The position numbers and the translations under genes are program-made. Source: Nanopusillaceae archaeon (GTDB lineage: Archaea; Nanobdellota; Nanobdellia; Nanobdellales; Nanobdellaceae). Taken from it: a stretch of DNA of 9,364 nucleotides. Within the stretch, counting starts at the first letter, position 1; each line of letters begins with the position of its first letter. Positions 5,760-9,364 of this stretch are shown one piece after another. The notes under the pieces are model-generated. The model saw only the letters and a list, made by a program, of their open reading frames with translations, did no database searches and was not told the origin of the DNA. Location of the stretch: assembly GCA_049973735.1 (NCBI GenBank), contig JBMFJL010000019.1, forward strand, positions 1 through 9,364, written 5' to 3'.

Positions 5760-6900
5760 CCTTTAAGTTAATTGAATAAATAAGTTTTTTCAGTTTTTCT
5801 ATATCATTTTCAAGTATTTTTATCTTTTCAACTTCTGTAAATATATTTTCTAAATTTGTAACGTCGATTATACTTTCAATTTTTCTTAATCTGTCACTTA
5901 TTTCTCTATACTCTTCCATTAGATTTTCAGCCATATCTTTGAAATCTAAGATATCATATTTTAGTTTTTCTATCGTTGTTTTCATTTCTTTTATTTCATT
6001 TTCCAATTTTTCTATTTTTTCCAATTCTCCTTTTAATTCAGCTATATCTAGTATCTTGTTCTTTAACTCATAGGTAATATTTTGTAAATCCGATAAGAAA
6101 GTATAAAGTCCATTGAGTTTATTTTCAAAGTTAACATATTTTTCATATAAACTTTGTAAATTAGATAGTTGTTTTATGTTTTTAATATCAGATTTATCTA
6201 TTTCATTCAAATACTCTAATTTCTCTATCCTTTCTAATAATCTCTTTTCAATATCTTTTACCTTTCTATTTAAATCATTTATATCTTCTCTTATTTTTCC
6301 CAAATATTTTTCTTTTACTTCTTCTATTTCATTTTTATATTCGTCAAATTTAATCAATCCATCTATTATTTTGTTAATATTTTCTGAGAAAGTATTTGAT
6401 AATTTTTCAACTTCTTCTTTAATCTTTTGGAAATCTTCCTTTTTTACATAATCCTCCAGTATACTATTAACTTCAGTTGAAATATTCTTTACATCTTCCT
6501 GCAACCTCTCTATTTCATATATTTTGTATAGGTCATTTTCAATTTTATTTTCGAGTTCTTTTAATCTATTAGATAAATCATTTATTTTAGACCTTAATTC
6601 TAAAATATAAGAATAATCAACAAAATTTTTTATATTATTTTCGATTACATCAATCTTTAATTTTATATCTTGAATAGATTTAACGTTTTCATAGAAATCA
6701 TCATTTAAATATTTTTTGTATTTTTCTAACATATCCTGTAAATATTTTAATTCCTCGTTTATTCTGTTAATTTCTGTTATAAATTCTGTTTTCTCAACAT
6801 AATCCAGGAACCTCCTATTTACCTCGGAGAATCTTTCATTAACCTTTTTTATGTTTACCAACATCTGTTCGAATAGATCTAACTCTACCTTTTTATCCAT
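5743..6900 (-). CDS. Long all-alpha coiled-coil protein, 385 aa, no enzymatic motif, no signal peptide or TM segment
   Basis: ATG start and TAA stop. Heptad-like K/E/I/L/N composition runs end to end. There is no Walker A (GxxGxGK[ST]), so it is not Rad50/SMC. The motif D-Y-V-x-K-x-[ED]-F occurs twice, as DYVEKTEF (aa 33-40) and DYVKKEDF (aa 150-157), with degenerate copies DYSYILEL (aa 95-102) and EKYVNFEN (aa 253-260). This hints at repeated helical units. Confidence 0.75.
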   Translation of the reverse strand: MDKKVELDLFEQMLVNIKKVNERFSEVNRRFLDYVEKTEFITEINRINEELKYLQDMLEKYKKYLNDDFYENVKSIQDIKLKIDVIENNIKNFVDYSYILELRSKINDLSNRLKELENKIENDLYKIYEIERLQEDVKNISTEVNSILEDYVKKEDFQKIKEEVEKLSNTFSENINKIIDGLIKFDEYKNEIEEVKEKYLGKIREDINDLNRKVKDIEKRLLERIEKLEYLNEIDKSDIKNIKQLSNLQSLYEKYVNFENKLNGLYTFLSDLQNITYELKNKILDIAELKGELEKIEKLENEIKEMKTTIEKLKYDILDFKDMAENLMEEYREISDRLRKIESIIDVTNLENIFTEVEKIKILENDIEKLKKLIYSINLKEKNII

Positions 6901-6920
6901 ATATTATAATATAGAAAAAT

Positions 6921-6934
6921 TTTATTTATTAATT
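6921..6934 (-). promoter_or_regulatory. Possible TATA-like element (ATTAATAAATAAAA) upstream of the 385-aa coiled-coil gene
   Basis: An AT-only block on the minus strand about 20-33 nt upstream of the ATG at 6900, inside the 40-nt spacer after the 104-aa gene. It is less canonical than the other boxes and the background is AT-rich. Confidence 0.3.
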
Positions 6935-6940
6935 TTTCTT

Positions 6941-7255
6941 TTATTCCTTTATCATATTTCTTTTTATATCCGTTATTTCTTTAGATAAAATTTCTACTTT
7001 AATTTCTAAATCGTATATCTTTTTCTTTATAGTTTTTATTTCTTCTAATTTTTCAGATAGAATGTTTAATATGTTTCTAGTTTCTATAATAAGATCTTCT
7101 AATTCTTTTTTTCTGCCTAATAGATCTTTAAGTTTCAAAAATTCAAGCATTAAAGTGTCTTTTGAAGTTTTATACTTTTTAATTTGCTCTTTTAGTTCTT
7201 TTAAATTATTTTCTAAATTTTCTATAATTTTCTCATATTCAGTTATATCTTCCAT
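6941..7255 (-). CDS. Small coiled-coil protein, 104 aa, tightly coupled to polB (1-nt gap)
   Basis: The ATG at 7253..7255 follows the polB TAA (7257..7259) after a single nucleotide; TAA stop. Sequence MEDITEYEKIIENLENNLKELKEQIKKYKTSKDTLMLEFLKLKDLLGRKKELEDLIIETRNILNILSEKLEEIKTIKKKIYDLEIKVEILSKEITDIKRNMIKE. It looks like two long helices with a short central break. No family recognised. Confidence 0.7.
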   Translation of the reverse strand: MEDITEYEKIIENLENNLKELKEQIKKYKTSKDTLMLEFLKLKDLLGRKKELEDLIIETRNILNILSEKLEEIKTIKKKIYDLEIKVEILSKEITDIKRNMIKE

Positions 7256-7256
7256 A

Positions 7257-9364
7257 TTATTTAAAGAATGATAAGATATTTTTTTGTTGTTTTCCTATAC
7301 TATCTACCGGTATGTTAAGTGCTTTCAATATTGGTTCTACTGCCGGTATCACCTGTTTATATATATAATAATCAGGATCGTATTCATTATCCCTTATCTC
7401 ATCAGGTAATCTTACTTTATCAGAGATCTTTTCTCCACCTTTAGATATAATATATTCAACAATGAATCCTTTTCCTACTTTATAACCCCTCTCTTTATAT
7501 TTTTTTGCTGCAATAACATGTGGAGCTGTAATTTCATAGTCTGATAAATCTTTTCTTAGTTGTTCTCTAAGTATGAATTTCTCTTTTGGATATACATGAT
7601 TTCTTATATTTTTTATCACTTCTTCTAAATATTTTTTAATTTCTTCTATTTTTCCTTCTAGTGCATATCTTAATACAGTCTCTTGTACCTCTCCTGCTAT
7701 ATCGGACCAGTCTCTTCTTACTACTTCAAATCCCCTGAGTTTTATATTTTTATTTTCCGATAATAATGCGTATTTTTTTCTTGCTCCTCCCTCTCCATGT
7801 CTCCTCTCGACAAAAATTCCAGATATATAAAAATCTTCGAGTTCCATTTCTAAAGGTTTAGGTAATATATTATTTACTTCTTTTAATAGATTTATACTAT
7901 CTTCTCTATTTTTAACTAGAACAAATATAGAGTCTGTATCTCCATATATAGTTTTATATCCTTTTTTTTCAAAGAATTCTTTAGCTTCTTCAATATGTTT
8001 TCTACCCAATGCAGTAATTGCTGCAGCACATTGTAAACAATACCATCTAGAATTTGGGAATCCCAAATAACCATAAGCAGAATTTATTATATATTTAAGA
8101 GCCAATTGTTTACTATCCAAAATTTTATACTCTTCGCTATCTTTGTCCAAATTTTTCATTTTTTTCTTTATTTCAGCTCTTTCCTCAAATATATTTTCTA
8201 AAATTTCTGAAATAAAACCTTTTTTCTTTTTACAAAACCAAACTTCTTCTTTTCCTAAACTTGTTTCTATCATTATTTTTTCATTTTTGCATTCATCATG
8301 TTCACATTTTAAAGTATCAGGCGATATGTTATACCTTATTATTATTGATGGATATAGAGATCTAAAGTCGTATACAGCAATATTTTTATACAAACCGGCT
8401 TTAGGTTCAAAAACTAGTGCACCAATATAAGATATTTTTTTTCTTTCTTCTACTTCATTTGGTTTTGGCCTATTTGGTATTATTTCATTAAAGTCCCTTA
8501 CCTTTTTTATTAAATAGTTTTCAACTAGCATTCCATAAGTACTTCCAGATAATTCATAAAGTGTAATTCCAACTAGCCTAGAAATTTCTAATAATGTATT
8601 TTCAAAATATTTATACAATTTATATGTTAATTCTGCATCTTTTTGATTATAATGTATTAAATAATTAAAATCTTTTGTATTATGTATTATTTTTGTCATT
8701 AAATTTATGTCCATATCTAATTTTCTCTCTTTTAATATTTCCCAAGAGACTTCATCTAGCGAATACGTTTCAGAATTTAATTGTGGTGCAAATATTCCAG
8801 AAACTATGTCATACAAATCTACATGTTGTATTCCGATGATTCTGTACTTTCTATCTTCTTCTCTTTTCTTAGTATACATTATTCCACTACCATCCCATCC
8901 AAAATCAAATGTAAAATTTAATTTTTTTGCCCTTTCGTATAGAAAATAAAAATCAAAATTATTAGAATTATATCCTACTATTACATCTGGATCTAATTCC
9001 TTTATTAAATCGTTTAATTTTTTTAATAATTCTAGTTCATTGTTAACTTTTATACCTTCATTCGCATTTCCCTTCCAATAAATTGAATAAAATTTTTTTC
9101 CGTCGTATATTGATATCAAATATATTGGTTCTTTTTCTGGCGACGGTATTGCTTTTTCAGATACAGTTTCAATATCTAATGATATAACTTTTAGATTATG
9201 TTTTTCATTTTCTAAAACTTTATTTACTTTTTTAAGTTTATAAAAATCTATTTTTTCGCTACTTTTTATTAATTCAAGATCCAAATCATACCAAAATAAT
9301 GGGTAAATATTATTATCTATTTGGAATTTTTTTATTATTGTTAGATCTCCTTCTTTTATTCCGA
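7257..9364 (-). CDS. polB: Family B DNA polymerase (archaeal replicative PolB), 5'-partial: frame continues past the right window edge
   Basis: All exonuclease motifs are present: Exo I LDIETV, Exo II NSNNFDFYFLYERA, Exo III YNQKDAELTYKLY. All polymerase motifs are present: motif A VYDFRSLYPSIIIRYNISPDT, motif B KQLALKYIINSAYGYLG, motif C IYGDTDSIFV, and KKYA (ARKKYALL). A Cys cluster after motif A (LKCEHDECK...WFCKKKKGF) sits where Tgo/Pfu-type enzymes have a disulfide. Motif C is uninterrupted, so there is no intein. The track's start at 9284 is a TTG. I translated the same frame upstream to nt 9364 with no stop: ...GIKEGDLTIIKKFQIDNNIYPLFWYD-LDLELIK. Confidence 0.95.
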   Translation of the reverse strand, partial: GIKEGDLTIIKKFQIDNNIYPLFWYDLDLELIKSSEKIDFYKLKKVNKVLENEKHNLKVISLDIETVSEKAIPSPEKEPIYLISIYDGKKFYSIYWKGNANEGIKVNNELELLKKLNDLIKELDPDVIVGYNSNNFDFYFLYERAKKLNFTFDFGWDGSGIMYTKKREEDRKYRIIGIQHVDLYDIVSGIFAPQLNSETYSLDEVSWEILKERKLDMDINLMTKIIHNTKDFNYLIHYNQKDAELTYKLYKYFENTLLEISRLVGITLYELSGSTYGMLVENYLIKKVRDFNEIIPNRPKPNEVEERKKISYIGALVFEPKAGLYKNIAVYDFRSLYPSIIIRYNISPDTLKCEHDECKNEKIMIETSLGKEEVWFCKKKKGFISEILENIFEERAEIKKKMKNLDKDSEEYKILDSKQLALKYIINSAYGYLGFPNSRWYCLQCAAAITALGRKHIEEAKEFFEKKGYKTIYGDTDSIFVLVKNREDSINLLKEVNNILPKPLEMELEDFYISGIFVERRHGEGGARKKYALLSENKNIKLRGFEVVRRDWSDIAGEVQETVLRYALEGKIEEIKKYLEEVIKNIRNHVYPKEKFILREQLRKDLSDYEITAPHVIAAKKYKERGYKVGKGFIVEYIISKGGEKISDKVRLPDEIRDNEYDPDYYIYKQVIPAVEPILKALNIPVDSIGKQQKNILSFFK

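Noticed and set aside
6113-6451. Plus-strand 112-aa ORF. The other plus-strand track ORFs at 1531..1743, 3823..4017, 4284..4472, 7062..7271, 8143..8430 and 8707..8949 fall in the same class.
   Set aside because: All are embedded antisense in long, well-supported minus-strand genes. Their S/F/L/I-rich low-complexity translations are what the reverse complement of K/E/N-rich codons (AAA/GAA/AAT read as TTT/TTC/ATT) produces. None shows recognisable motifs.
5743-6900. 385-aa coiled-coil protein as Rad50/SMC-like or CdvA-like
   Set aside because: It has no Walker A/B or signature motif, no zinc hook (CxxC) and no hinge. It also lacks a PRC-barrel-like N-terminal domain. Only generic coiled coil is visible.
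6941-7255. 104-aa protein as a prefoldin beta subunit (similar size, two long helices)
   Set aside because: The central region (KYKTSKDTLMLEFLKLKDLLGRKK) lacks the beta-hairpin signature of prefoldins (Y-K-x-[VI]-G-x-[VIL]-[LM]-[VI]). Helical propensity appears continuous. Size and coiled-coil character alone are not enough.
9282-9284. TTG as the polB initiation codon
   Set aside because: The frame remains open upstream to the window edge, and the encoded N-terminal domain would be far too short compared with characterised family-B enzymes. The true start is outside the window.
7257-9364. Intein or split site within polB
   Set aside because: Motifs A, B and C are contiguous with normal spacing, and no Cys/Ser-initiated insertion or HN-terminated block interrupts them. 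The distance from Exo I to the C-terminus matches intein-free enzymes.
1-9364. CRISPR arrays, IS elements or transposases, tRNA/rRNA genes, long direct or inverted DNA repeats
   Set aside because: I saw no periodic repeat-spacer pattern, no transposase- or integrase-like ORF, and no GC-rich structured segment other than the C/D sRNA. The apparent short repeats are low-complexity A/T runs within coiled-coil coding sequence.

Overview
Gene-dense, extremely AT-rich archaeal window (by eye about three quarters A+T, not computed). The cytoplasmic proteins are K/E/I/Y-rich, which suggests a thermophilic, small-genome archaeon, possibly DPANN/Nanoarchaeota-like; that placement is inference only. I support 9 protein genes (8 on the minus strand) and 1 RNA gene. 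From right to left on the minus strand: a family-B DNA polymerase whose frame runs off the right edge, a 104-aa coiled-coil protein starting 1 nt after the polB stop, a 385-aa all-coiled-coil protein, an A24 (FlaK/PibD/EppA-type) prepilin/prearchaellin peptidase, Pelota (overlapping the peptidase stop in an ATGA), and then three consecutive secreted or surface-anchored Asn/Ser/Tyr/Cys-rich proteins. The last of these (1..909) is missing from the supplied ORF track because it runs off the left edge. The only plus-strand gene is a 117-aa orphan. Between it and the peptidase gene lies a textbook archaeal C/D box sRNA (5314..5362), the only GC-rich island in the window. TATA-like boxes sit 22-24 nt upstream of several start codons and of the sRNA, which implies leaderless transcripts. 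The best candidate for an undescribed system is the prepilin peptidase together with the three-gene surface-protein cluster (1..5278). A second candidate is the coiled-coil gene pair attached to polB. I saw no CRISPR array, transposase, tRNA or rRNA.
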